DNA of 64,000 nucleotides from Octopus vulgaris (GCA_951406725.2 OX597829.1:7874001-7938000); one strand, 5' to 3'; positions 44,485 to 58,181 are shown, counted from the stretch's first letter. The notes: generated by a model from the sequence alone, not told the origin. A program made the numbers and translations.

Positions 44485-44775
44485 GGTGTGTGGCTTAGTG
44501 GGTAGGGGCATTTGGCACACGATCATAAGGTTGTGAGTTTGATTCCCAGCAGTATGTTGGACCCTTGAGCAAGACACTTTATTTCTCACTGCTCCAGGCC
44601 ACTCGGCTGGCAAAAACAAGCCAGCCTTGTTGCACTCTGTATCACACTGAATCTCCCTGAGAACTATGTTAAGGGTATGCATGTCTATGGAGAGCTCAGC
44701 TACTTGCACAATGATTTCACAAGCAAACTCTTCTGTTGATCAGATTAAATGTATCCTTCATCTTTGTACCTGACA
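44484..44775 (+). mobile_element. tRNA-derived SINE (third family)
   Basis: TGGCTTAGTGG A-box and GAGTTTGATTCC B-box; a related copy lies on the minus strand at ~52190-52500. Confidence 0.7.
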
Positions 44776-44800
44776 GATACACACACACATATATTTGATT

Positions 44801-45062
44801 CTCTGTCTGAAGAATTTCCAATAGGAGATATCTTACATGTTTCTATCACATGTACAATTTTGTAGCTATTGAAACAAGTGTAATGGTAAATAAATAATAC
44901 CAAAAATGCTTCCAGTCTCCTGTTTTAATATAGAATTACACTGCAAAAAATATTTTCCAGAACTGTCAGCTCTTATGCATGCCTCACACAAATATAACAT
45001 CTGCATACTGATTCGGAAAACTGGGATAAGCAGATATGCTTCAAGGGAACACAGCTTGGATT
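44801..45062 (-). ncRNA. Candidate structured intronic RNA (H/ACA-like), paralog A
   Basis: Shares colinear conserved blocks with 45978-46280; a hairpin closes at TTCAG followed by ACA-NNN; ANANNA lies upstream of the hairpin. Confidence 0.3.
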
Positions 45063-45743
45063 TTAACCCCACGCACACACGCATATATATATATAATGTG
45101 TGTGTGTGTGTGTAAGTTAAAATGTGTAGCAGAGTGAAGAAGTCAGGGAAGGTCACAAACAAACTGTGTAAAGGGTTTGATAATATATTCCAGATTATGA
45201 TTACATTCTGTTCAGATACTTCTTCAGACTGAAAATAAAATTAAAGGTTTTCAACAACTTTCAACATAAATTTAGATTTATAGATAAGAAACTTGAACTA
45301 AAACTTGTTAGTCTTCAACTTGACTTGCTTAAAGATAAGAGAAATAAAGAAATGTAAATAGATGTTATTTATTCCAAAATGTTACAGTTAAAAAATTAAG
45401 AAGCAACAGGACTAAACAGGAAAAAAAAATTATTATAAGAGAAGGAAAAAGAGAAGGTATGTATGAAACTAGGTTTCACAGTCTGGGAACATTATGGTAA
45501 TAGCTGAGAAAAAGGAAATGAAATCAAGTATGACACCAACTAAAAATTGTAATAGAATTAGACAAATATTTTACATTGAAAAATATCCTTAACATTCTTT
45601 ACAAAGATAAATGTCTGGGAGAGGATAGAATTATGATTTTACTGAGTACATCAAATTACATATAATAATTGGTACAAGCTTCATCACAAACACAACTTTC
45701 TTATATGTAAATGAATTAGTTATATACATACATATCAATATAC

Positions 45744-45811
<68 letters not shown>

Positions 45812-45977
45812 GCTCTACATGTGTGTGTGGTGAACATAAGGGGTTAAAAAAAGGATAAAAAGTTAGAGATGATGAGAGTCATTCAAACTTATCCTCTATC
45901 TCTCCATATTCTCCTGATTAATGCTTAATACTATAAACTGCTGCAGCATCTAGAATAAATTTGTATTATTCTTAAAC

Positions 45978-46188
45978 TTCTGTCTGAAGAATTATGGATA
46001 GGAGATTCTATACATTTTTTTCTTTACGATGTGCATACTTTTGTAGCTCTTATCTCGTAATAAAACACATGTAACATGGAATTGAAAATATACCAAATAT
46101 TTCCAGTCTTCAGTTTTGTTATGTAATTACACTGCAAAGTGAATTCACCAAACAATTGCTATGTATATCACATTTAACATAAAACATT

Positions 46189-46226
<38 letters not shown>

Positions 46227-46280
46227 TGATAATGATGATGATACATTGCAGATGTGCTTCACAAGAACACAGCTTGGATT
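45978..46280 (-). ncRNA. Candidate structured intronic RNA (H/ACA-like), paralog B
   Basis: Colinear blocks shared with 44801-45062; a (TA)n insertion is confined to a variable segment. Confidence 0.3.
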
Positions 46281-46769
46281 ATATAACTCTTTATATTCAC
46301 TATGTATGTAGATATATATACATATATACATACATATATATACACACACATACATACAAAGAATGTGAGAGAAAAAGAAATCCATATGCGGATGTATACA
46401 TACACATGCATGTATTTGTATATACAAACAGTATTCTTTTATTCTTTTACTTGTTTCAGTCATCTGACTGTGGCCATGCTGGAGCAACACCTTGTATTAT
46501 ATAATATTCTAATAAAACATCCTTCATATCAAGTATATTCTTTAAAGTGCTCCCCAAGGCACCTTCAACCCAACAATTATGGCATGTTTGTCAAGTCAGA
46601 CAATGTCATAAGATCAGCACATTGCTTCCTCACTGCAGTGCTTTCATCAAATACCCCTGCAACTTTCAGTCATTATCACAAAGCCAAAGTCCAATACCAG
46701 TTTTCATTTTTGTTTTTTACATAGTTCTATGTATATGTGCACATTTGTTTGCAAGTTCATGTATGTGTG

Positions 46770-47890
46770 TGGGTGTGTGTAGGGGCAATAAACACTGAAA
46801 ATGTACAGGAAACAGATTCCATCACATGCCAGGGAGAAAAACTAGAAGTAGTTGATAGCTTCCGCTACCTAGGCAACAAAGTCTGTAGTGGGGGTGGTTG
46901 CTCTGAAAATATAGTGGCTAGAATAAGAATAGCCTGAGCAAAGTTCAGGGAGCTCCTACCTCTGCTAGCAACTAAAGGCCTCTCGCTCAGAGTGAAAGGT
47001 GGACTGTATGATGCATGTTTGCGAACTACCATGTTACACAGCAGTGAAACATGGGCCGTGACTGCTGAGGACATGTGTAGGCTTCAAAGAAATGAACCTA
47101 GTATGACTTACTGGATGTCTAATGTCAGTGTGCATGCACGACAGAGTTTCAGCGAAAAGTTGGACATAAGAAGCATCAAATGTGGTGTGCAAGTAAAATG
47201 ACTGTGCTGGTATGGTCATGTATGACGTATGGATGAGGACAACTGTGTGAGGAAGTGCCACACCCTAACTGTGAAAGGAACCTGTGGAAGAGGTAGACCC
47301 AGGAAAACATGGGATGAGGTGGTAAAGCATGACCTTCGAACATTGGGCCTCATAGAGGCAATGACAAGAGACTGAGACCTCTGGCAATATGCTGTGATTG
47401 AAAAGATCCAGCAACTAAAATGAGATTGCAGCCATGGCCAATGCCAGTATTGCATATCTGGCCCATTTAAGAGCACCCTTGATGCATCAGGTGATTTGAT
47501 ATACTTGAGAAGACCTGTTGAGTCAAGTAAAACCAAAATCGTAGCTGTGGCTAGTGCCCCAAGACTGGGGCCCATGCCAGCGGCACATAGAAAGCACCAT
47601 CCGAATGTGGATGATGTCAGTACTCCTTGACTGGTTCTCGTACCGGTGGCATGTAAATTGCACTATTCAAATGTGACTGTTGAAAGACCTATATGACTGG
47701 CTCCTGTGCCGCAGGCATGTAAAAAGTACCCACTACACTCTCGGAGTGGTTGGTGTTAGGAAGGGCATCCAGCTGTAGATCCTTTGCCAGATCAGATTGG
47801 AATCTGGTGCAGCCTTCTGGCTTGCCAGCCCTCAGTCAAACCGTCAAACCCATGCCAGCATGGAAAGCAGACATTAAACGATGATGATGA

Positions 47891-47893
<3 letters not shown>
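46770..47893 (+). mobile_element. RTE-clade LINE 3' end including UTR and (GAT)n tail
   Basis: LEVVDSFRYLG, RIRIA, MLHSSETWA and GRGRPRKTW, then the common RTE tail. Confidence 0.85.
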
Positions 47894-47926
<33 letters not shown>

Positions 47927-49379
47927 GTAAGTAGTATTAATGATTCCAAGATACAAAAAATAAAAATAAACTGATCATCAACCAATCCCAAAGTACCAAG
48001 TCTATCATGTGATCCTATAAATAAACAGGAGAAAACATTTCAGAATATAACTGAAAGGATGAAAAGCAAAGTCGACCTTGGTTGAATTTGAACTCAGAAC
48101 ATAAAACCAGAGAAAATACTGCTAAGCCTTTATGATATTAATTTACAACATTACACGTCCATTAAGGCAGTGCACATGAATCGCAAATGAGGATTTCATC
48201 TATAAGGAATGTTCATTGTAGTAAACATCTACATATCTGGCAAAATGGGAAATTCAAAATAAAGAAAATGGACAAGTATGGAAACCACAAAAATACTTGA
48301 TGAAGATTTTCAATCAGAAATTAAACTTATGTACTTACAATCACAACTGAATACAGTTGTTAAAATAAGGATAACACAGAAAACTTTGTTTCATACATCA
48401 CATCTAAAGAGCAGACAACAACAACCAAATATATCTGCATAAAAACTTACATATCATTCATCTGGTCTGGGTTAAAGTATTTTGCTTATATTATTGAGAT
48501 CCCCTCTGATTGTTTTTAATTTTTGCAGAAACGTTTTTCAGATACACTATCAAAAACTCTTTTGAATTATTACATACCCACTCTTTCTCTCTCTCTCTCT
48601 CACACACACACAAACACACACTGGTACCAGTTTCATAAAAGAAGATTTTTCTTAAACTTTTTCATGAATCAATGAATCTCACTCAAAATTATTCACTACT
48701 TTTTCTTTGTTATTAACTGTTGTTGTTGTTGTTGGATAACATTTGGCATTTCTGATTCAACAGACATGACACACAATGTCGATGATGACATTCAATTTTC
48801 AATCGAACTGTTATTGTGTAGTACATTGAGCCACTTATCATTCCAATATCTAAGAGCTAATTACAGTTATTTCAACAATTCAAAAGAATTTGGTCATGAC
48901 AAAATTTAGATTCTCAGTAGATATCTCATCAACTACATAGTTCTGTGCAGTATTAGTATCATTATAGCATTCTGTCCGGTACTCAACCATTAACTTTTCC
49001 TTGACCATAAAACTACAGGAATACACTTCCCATTTCAATTCATTTGAAAAATCACCAAGAACTTAAAGAGATTTAGTAAAGCATTTATATTACTCAGCAA
49101 GTGTGTGGAAAATAATAAAATCATCTCCTTTGGTTTTACCTCTGACAAGGGAGGTTCAATGAGCATAACTGAGGCAATATTTTATGACTGGATTCTCTTC
49201 TTATCCACAGGTCATTCCACAAAATTGGCCACAGGGCTATGAGACAGTGTTCAGGGGAAAAGAAAACACTAGAACAATCATTACTCAAGAAAAGTAACAA
49301 TGTGAGCACATCAGGAATTCTCACACACACACACACACATATACACACACATAAAGTGAATATATACATATATTCATTC

Positions 49380-49410
<31 letters not shown>

Positions 49411-49972
49411 TATAAATATGTACATAAGAATATATATTAATATATATACACACATATAAATATATGTGCATAATTTCCTTGTTGGTAGAGGCAGCAAAAC
49501 CACACTCAGTTCAGTAAGTGGTAAATATCATTTAATGAATTCAGAGTTATACATGAGCTACTTCAACTTTCATGCTTGGTTACTGCAATTTTTTTCTTAC
49601 TGTTTTCTTTTATATTTTTTTTCTTCTTATATTTCCACACTGAACAGCCAGAATATTCAGAATGCGCCTGAACAAATGCTGGAATGTGAATGTTACACTA
49701 TAACAGCCCATCTAATTACTACACTACCTGAGCATGAAACTTGAAAGTAGCTCACATATGTATCTTGTATTCATTAAATCATATAAATATGAATGTATAC
49801 ATACATTTGTGCATACACATATAGATAGGCAGACATAGACTGAGATAAATATGTTTATGTACATGTACAAGGTCAACCCAAGCCAGCATAGAAGAACAAT
49901 GTTAAATGTTAAATACAAACTTTTAAATATTTATATGCAAATCCACAGGTCTTCATACATACATACATATAG

Positions 49973-50021
<49 letters not shown>

Positions 50022-50433
50022 TAAACACCCACTTATTATATTCCATATGCATGACGAGTGATTGTGACTATTAGCGATTTGCTGTGCTTGAGAAGAATAG
50101 TCAAGCCAAGTGAAATAATAGCTGTGGCCAGTGCAGGTGGTAATTAACAGCATCCGTGCTGGAGACACGAAAATAAAGCACCAGTACCCCAGTGACATGT
50201 AAAAGGAACCTACTACACTCTCATAGTGGTTGGCATTAAGAAGGACATCCAGCCTTATAAACCAAACCAAATCAGACTGGAACCTGATGCAGCTCTCCAG
50301 GTTATCAGTTCCAGTCAAACTATCTAAACCATTCCAGCATTGAAAGCAGACGTTAGATGATAACTTGTGTACTATTTTTTTTCCACCTGTACTTACTTGT
50401 GTAGATATACACAATCACATACATACATGTACA

Positions 50434-50764
50434 TCAGAGGCTCTCAAACTTTTTGCCCCCCACCCCCCACTCATGGCCACATAATACCCTCAGCACCCCC
50501 ACCACTATATGTTTATGTATAAATAAATATTTTATATTTTACTAATTTATAAACGCTACAAATCATTTGATATTTAATATCATATTATATCATTTCTATA
50601 CAATACTATAATAATATAAATTCATAGCTTCCCTTAATCCACTGCCTTCCTACCAATGCCTCCTCTACCGCACCCTTCAGCTTCCTTTAGACACCAGCGC
50701 CTACCTGGACCCTCTCAATGCCCACCGAGGGGCGGTAGGCGTAGAGCCCACTTTGAGAATCTAT
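50434..50764. mobile_element. hAT-like MITE, degraded
   Basis: CAGAGGCTCTCAAAC ... CTTTGAGAATCTA termini. Confidence 0.5.
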
Positions 50765-51083
50765 AATGTACATATTCACATACATATATGTATATAAATA
50801 AAATAATCAAGGTGGTTAGACACAATTCAAAACTAAAAAGGAAATAATTCACTGTCACTAAATAGTAATGAAAGGTGCAGGGAGCACCAGCATAGCTAGA
50901 AACAAGAGTTGAAAGACTCTTTAGCCACAAAAGCACATGTTCTATGTGCTGACAAGGGAGACAACCTCCTCACTGCCAATTTTGCATGGAAATTAATGGT
51001 CATCAGTAATGCTTACTCACTCCAGGTGGTGAAACTGAAATTTACCTTACTAGTATTTATAGAGTTTACCATTGGAATCAGTG

Positions 51084-51087
<4 letters not shown>

Positions 51088-51158
<71 letters not shown>

Positions 51159-51159
51159 A

Positions 51160-51198
<39 letters not shown>

Positions 51199-51227
51199 AA
51201 GAAAGAGAGAGAGAGAGAGAGAAAGAG
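51088..51227. repeat. (TA)n-(GA)n compound microsatellite
   Basis: Seen directly; explains the ERERK ORF. Confidence 0.95.
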
Positions 51228-51371
51228 CATTCTATACTGTCAACTTAACGTGACAGTCACATAAAGGGAATCACACCACCGCTTTTTAGCCCTAGGAAGC
51301 ATCAACGCTTCCTGTCAGCCTTGACACATTGCCTGTGCCTTATGTTTACAAAGGGAAGACAAGCACCCCCA

Positions 51372-51414
51372 TCCAGAGACATGTTTCTGCATCTTTGCTC
51401 GTCATCAGTCTGGA
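51372..51414 (-). ncRNA. Minimal type I hammerhead ribozyme motif (Penelope-type)
   Basis: TCCAGA-CTGATGA-CGA-GCA-AAGA-TGC-A-GAAAC-AT-GTC-TCTGGA: 6-bp stem I, intact core, GUC cleavage triplet and palindromic mini stem III. Confidence 0.7.
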
Positions 51415-51472
51415 GTAGCATGGCCTGCTAGCTGAAGATACTTGTCTAGACTTTGTAAACATATATATATAT

Positions 51473-51640
51473 ACAGGAGTGGCTGTGTTGTAAGTAGCTT
51501 ACTTACAAACCACATGGCTCCGGTTCCAGTCCCACTGCGTGGCACTTCGGGCAAGTGTCTTCTACTATGGCCTCGGGCCGACCAAAGCCTTGTGAGTGTA
51601 TTTTGTAGACGGAAACTGAAAGAACCCTGTCGTGTGTGTG

Positions 51641-51706
<66 letters not shown>

Positions 51707-51900
51707 TTGTCCCCCCAAAATCGCTTGACAACCGATGCTGGTGTGTTCATGTCCACGTAACTTAGCAGTTCGGCAAAAGAGACTGATAGAATAAGTACTA
51801 GGCTTACAAAGAATAAGTCCTGGGGTCGATTTGCTCAACTAAAGGCGGCGCTCCAGCATGGCCGTAGTCAAATGACTGAAACAAGTAAAAGAGTAAAAGG
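51473..51900 (+). mobile_element. tRNA-derived SINE, full length
   Basis: Same family as 22148; tail GGCGGCGCTCCAGCATGGCCGTAGTCAAATGACTGAAAC. Confidence 0.85.
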
Positions 51901-52510
51901 GAATATATATAATTTCAGTGAAGTAAATTCACTGATCAACAAAAATAGAAATATTAAATTTCTAAATATCTCAGAGATATATAAGCAGTGGTGGAACGAT
52001 AGAGCAGTTATATACTTTCAACTTAACGTGACAGTCCCATAAAGGAAATCACAACTGCTCTGCTCTGTCATTCCACCATTGCTTATATCTCTCTGAGATA
52101 TTTAGAAATATTTAAGAAAGCAAGCTTCTTAGCACACACCCACTCCTGCACCATAGACAGACAGACAGACAGATATATGGCTTGGCTCTCCACTGGTTAC
52201 AATGATGAGTGTTCCAGTTGATCCAATCAATGGAATAAGCTACTCAACAAATTTACATGCAAGTGGCTCAGCACTCCAAAAACATACATACCCTAGATAT
52301 ATTTCTGAGTGAGATTCAGCGTGACACAGAATGCAACAAGGCTGACCCTTTGAATTACACATACAACTCAACTTTGCCTGTTGAATGGACTGGAGCAATG
52401 AGGAATAAAGAGTCTTGCTCAAGGACACAACATGCTGCCAGGAACTGAGCTCACGACCTTATGATCATGAGCCAAATATCCTCACCACTAAGCCATGCAC
52501 CTTCTCATAA

Positions 52511-52543
<33 letters not shown>

Positions 52544-54980
52544 TATATTTCTACATACAGATAGATGGACAGAAAGACAGAAAAACAGACGGGAATACAA
52601 TTCATTTGGTAGTGTAGAAATAGTAGATTGGTTAGAATGAAAAGGTAGAACTCCTAGTCTCATGGAGGCAAAATGGCTGAGTTCCTTTTAAGTGTTGGGT
52701 CTCAAGGAGGCAATGACTGAGACTTTTGGCATTATGTCATGCTTGAGAAGACCCATGAAACCAAGCAAAATTGCAGTTGTGGCAGATACCGATGTCATAC
52801 AAATGGCACCCATGCTGTGGCATGTAAAAGTACCCATTATACTCTTGGAATGATTGGTATTAGGAAGGGCATTAGAAACCATGCCAAATCAGACTGGAGT
52901 CTGGTACAGCCTTCTAGCTTACCAACCCTGGTCAAACAGGTCAACCCATGCCAGCATGGACAACAGATGTTAAATATGTGGTGATGATGATGAAGACACT
53001 GATCTCCTGATTGTTACAAACAAAATGAAAGGAATGAAGACTCCTATGAAATTCCCCCAGTCAGTGATTATTTTTCCTTCAACAGGAAATGTCTCTCTTT
53101 TTAAAATGTTAAATTTATATACCTTGGGTTATGTCATGCTGGTAATTTCAAAGAGAATGTAATAACACTATACATGATTATCACAAATTAGAAGTTTTAA
53201 GAACTATGTACACGTAAGTAAAAATAATAACAATAATAATAATGGTTTAGATTCTGGCACAAAGACAGCAAGTTTGGAGATGGGGGTAAGTTAGTGTCAT
53301 CAACCCCACTACTCAACTGCTACTTGTTTCATCAAGCCTGGAAGGATGAAAGGCAAAGTTAACTTCGGTGAAATTTGAACATGAAACTTCTTCCTTATTC
53401 TTTAATTTCAAATTCATACTTCTAATACTGCCAAGTATTATGAATAAATGATTATCTCTTTTGTACTAAATGTCCACTGGGAGGTGGGGGGGATGCCACG
53501 TCTAAAAAATTCTGACTATAAATTAGAAATCAGCCAATGAAATTGGTGATAATTTGAGGTGTTATGCCTTCCACTATGTAACAAGGGTTTATTACTATTA
53601 AGAGCTGACTTAAAACCAATATCTACACATTGAAGAAAATATCAAAAACAGATTGTAAATTCTGCTTATAGCAAAAAATAAAATATGAACATCTATAAGA
53701 ACATCATAGTAAAGAACACTATGAAAACAGGTACCCTTGCATTCAGACACCAAAAACTTCCTCTCTCCTCAATAATCTGCTTGATTGCTAAACTACTGTT
53801 TTAGGGGTGAAAAAAAGAAAGAAAGAAATAAAAGCACACATTACATAAATTTCATTTAGATTATAATTATTTTCCATCTATAACAAATATCTAGCTGAAT
53901 AAAATGCTTAATTAATATACTTCAGGTTATGTAATGCAGATGATTAAAAAAAAAGAACAAAATAGTGCTATACTTAATTACTGCTGACTAGAAATTCTAA
54001 GAACTTCATACAATGTAAGCAAAAAAAAATAAAATAAAATATGTGTGTATGTATATACACACATACACACGAGCTTGTGTATCTATGTATATATACAACC
54101 ACACACACACACACACATATATATATATACATATAGATCGGCACCATGTAAATGGCACCCGTACTGGTGGCACATAAATGCACATATCACATTGGTGTTA
54201 GAAGGGTATCCAGCTGCAGAAACCACCCCAAATCAGACTAGAACCTGGTGCAGCTCTTCGGCTTATCAGCTCCAGCCAAACCGTCTAACCCATGCCAGCA
54301 TGAAGACCGGAGATTAAATGATGATGTATGTATGTATGTGTGTGTGTGTGTATTCTAGCAGGACCTGAGGAAGTTGAAGTAATTTTGAAAACGCTATGAG
54401 AGTACTATAGAATTTTATAATTTCTTTTGAATGTTTTCTTGTTTGCTTTTATTTTCCTGAAATGTTTGTTTCTTCAGATGATGTAATAGTCAATAGAGAC
54501 GGTACTGTGCAATCTTAGGAGACAAGACAACTGAAAGCTATATTCCTTGTTATGAACTTGTCCCCTAGCCTACCACAAAAGTTGGTAAACAATCTTACAA
54601 AATGAAATCAAAGATTATCTATCTATGATATTATTCTGTTATTGTACAGCTACATTGGTAAAGCTTAAACAAATCTTAACATGCTGTATTACATCCTTAT
54701 AGTTATATCAGAGTAAAGTCCATACAACAAGATTTGAACCCTTAGAAAGCTGCTCCATTGAACTTTGAATTCTAAAAATATCAGTAAAACTGGTGCAGCT
54801 AGAGTTGTGAGCTTACAGTGATTTGCTTTGTAATGTAGTAGTTTTAGGTTAAATCCTACAGTACAGCACCATGGACAAATGGTTTCTATTATAGCTTTAA
54901 GTTGGTTAATGCTTTCAGTGAATTTTAGTAAACAGAAACAGTACTGAAGCTTATTTTGTGTGAATGCATATGCATGTGTA

Positions 54981-55027
<47 letters not shown>

Positions 55028-55087
55028 ATATGCATAAGTGTGTGTGCATGTCTGTGTTTGTGTGTCTGTATATATATACATATATAT

Positions 55088-55575
55088 CAGAGATTTAGGG
55101 ACGTCCTAATTGAGAAATTTGATGAGAAGGAGGAGGAACAACAGACTTGTAATACAGAGGGCAACTGGGAATTCCTGCAAGACAGCTTGCTGAGTGCCAC
55201 AGACCAAATATACAGCTGGTGCAAAGTCCCAAACATGAAAGAACAATGCTGTAGACAAGGCCATTAGAGCAAAGAAGCAGGACTAGAAGAGTGGTGGTAG
55301 CAGGAAACTATATCAGGTAGCTAGGAGGGAGGCAAGAAGACAGGTGGATTTAGCCTGGGGAGAGCAGGTAGGAGGAAGTTTGCCAGTTTTTTGTGTTATG
55401 AGGAGCAGAGGCTTGAAGTATTTCAAATTGCAAGACTGTGTGTCAGAGAGAATTGGAATATAGTAAGAGACGTGTTAACATGAATGATGGGTCACTGGCA
55501 GTTAGTAACCCTGCAAAGAAGAAGGCTTGGAAGTGCCGCTATGAAGGGGTACTAAATGTGGAGAACTCATGGGAG
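55088..55575 (+). mobile_element. RTE LINE internal fragment
   Basis: QRFRDVLIEKFDE...WEFLQDSLLSATDQI and KKKAWKCRYEGVLNVEN. Confidence 0.75.
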
Positions 55576-56620
55576 TGCACACCTACTTCTACCCGGAATT
55601 CTTCACTATATTCGTTGCCAATCCTAACCTTGCTGACAGCCTCTCTGTATAGGGCCTGTAAAGCCCTTATTAGCCATTTGTCAATCTCCAGTTTCCACAT
55701 CGACCACCAGATAAGGGATCGGGGGGCCTGTCAAAGGCTTTCTCCAAGTCCACAAAAGCTATGTAGAGGGGTTTATCATTAGCTAGGTACTTCTCCTGCA
55801 GTTGTCGGACCAGGAATATAGCATCAGTGGTGCTTCTACCCGGCACAAAACCAAACTGCATCTCATCTAAGCAAATTCTCTCCCTAATGAGATGGGTTAT
55901 GACCCTCTCTGTGACCATCACCTGATCCAACAGTTTAATACCCCTGTAGTTATTTCTATCTAGAGCATCACCCTTACCCTTGTAGTAGTTGACTATGGTG
56001 CTGCTATGCCAGTCATTGAGTACGACTCCATTATGAACTACCTGGTTTACAATACGGGTGACTAGGTCATAGCCCACATAACCAGCTGTTTTAAGCATCT
56101 CAGCAGTGATTCCTGATGGGCTGGGGGCTTTACCTGGTTTCATACCTTTAATTGCCTTAACTACAAGGGAGCTGCCTATTTGGATAGATGGTCCCTCTAC
56201 TGGGTCAACATTTGGCAGGCTCTCCTCCTCCCATTCATTCTCCACATTCAGCAGTCTTTCATAATGGCTTCTCCAAGCCTCTTTCTTTTCACCAACATTA
56301 AAAGCAAGTGCCCCATCATCCATGCGGACACATTTCTCTCCTGTAACATCACTATTTTCTCTCACACACTGTCTAGCAATCCGAAATACCTCAGTTCTTT
56401 GGTACTCACATCGCTAGACATTGGCAAACTTCTTTTTCTGCTACATCTTTGGCTACCTGGTACAGTTCCCTGCTACCCCCATCCCTCCAGGCTTTCCAGG
56501 CCTGTTTCTTTGCACTAATGGCTTTGTCTACTGCACTATTCCACCACCACATAACTCTAGGTCTGGAAGGGACTTTGCAACCATCCGCAGACTCCCTCTC
56601 ATCAAATTTCTTGATGAGGA
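55576..56620 (-). mobile_element. RTE LINE internal fragment (RT N-terminal half)
   Basis: GDALDRNNYRGIKLLDQVM...QFGFVPGRSTTDAIF...AFVDLEKAFD. Confidence 0.9.
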
Positions 56621-56719
56621 TATATATATATATAAGTAATTATAAATTTTCTTTAGAAAAGCATACAAAGCATGTCTTTCTCTATTTCATTATTCTATAT
56701 TTTTATCTATACTCTATTA

Positions 56720-57122
56720 TACTCTTGACTCTTTTACTTGTTTCAGTCATTTGACTGTGGCCATGCTGGAGCACCGCCCTTAGTCGAGCATATCAACCCC
56801 AGGACTTATTCTTTGTAAGCGTAGTACTCATTCCATCAGTCTCTTTTGCCAAACCGCTAAGTTACAGGGACGTAAACACACCACCATTAGTTGTCAAGGG
56901 ATGTTGGGGGGACAAACACAGACACACAAACATATACATATATATATATATATATATGAATATACGACAGGCTTCCTTCAGTTTCTGTCTACGAATTCCA
57001 CTCCCAAGGCTTTGGTCGGCCCGAGGGCATAGTAGAAGACACTTGCCCAAGGTGCCATGCATTGGGACTGGACCCGGAACCATGTTGTTGGTAAGCAAGC
57101 TACTTACCACAGAGCCACTCCT
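56720..57122 (-). mobile_element. tRNA-derived SINE
   Basis: Reverse complement of the 22148/51473 family. Confidence 0.85.
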
Positions 57123-57374
57123 AGGCCTATAATATAGATATATTATGTTTATATATCTATATATTTATTTGTCCTTGCGTATTTTTAACATTCATATATT
57201 TTTATATTTCTATATCTTAATATTCTGAATGTATTAATATATGTTTTAGACAACTCTATCATATCAAATCCGTATATGTATACACCAATCATAGTCTGCC
57301 TCAGTTGAACCTCTTCTCTGTTTCTCTTGTACTTGTGTGTATGTGTGTGTATATATATATATATATATATAAAC

Positions 57375-57405
<31 letters not shown>

Positions 57406-57474
57406 TATATATAAACATATATACATATATGTACAACTCATACCAGCATGGATAACAGATGTTAAATGATGACA

Positions 57475-57509
<35 letters not shown>

Positions 57510-58141
57510 TATATATATATATAGCATATATACACACACACACACACACATTATATAAATATATATATCCTACTTAATCATAAATATTTATGAATAATAT
57601 AATTTATGTGAATGTTGTGTCTAGTGGATTCTTTCTGAAATTTCTTCCCATAGTTCATCAGTCAATTGTCTTAGAAATAATATGAAATCTTGCTAACAAT
57701 TTTGTTCCATAGTTTGGAGTGTGACACAAAAATAGATAGGTACTATAGTTTTAATATATGTATGTATCTATATATTTATAGACAAACATAGGCATATATA
57801 AATGTATATGTATATTATGTATTTGTGTGTGTGTGTGTGTGTATACATATATGTACTTTCATGTGTGTGTGTGTGTGTGTCTATTTCTTCAGCCACTTGA
57901 AAAATTTGCTTGGCAATTTCTTGCTTATTTCTTTGAATGTCACGCCACACATTTTCGTTGTAACCTCATCTTTGGGTGTTTCCTGCTATAAACGCTACTT
58001 ATATATCATAAGCATCAACATTTTGCATTGAGAGTTTGGTTTTATTTCTTCTTTTTTTTTTTACTTGCCTCTTTTATTTTTTGCATAAAAGTTTTAATTC
58101 TATTCTTAAATTCTAGAGAAAGAAATAATTTATAAAATATA

Positions 58142-58181
<40 letters not shown>

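Noticed and set aside
48650-49080. Coding-looking minus-strand stretch (VLGDFSNELKWEVYSC...)
   Set aside because: Terminates after about 60 codons; no family recognised
57890-58031. Exon-like segment after tttcttcag on the plus strand
   Set aside because: Short frames with no recognisable motif and no partner exons
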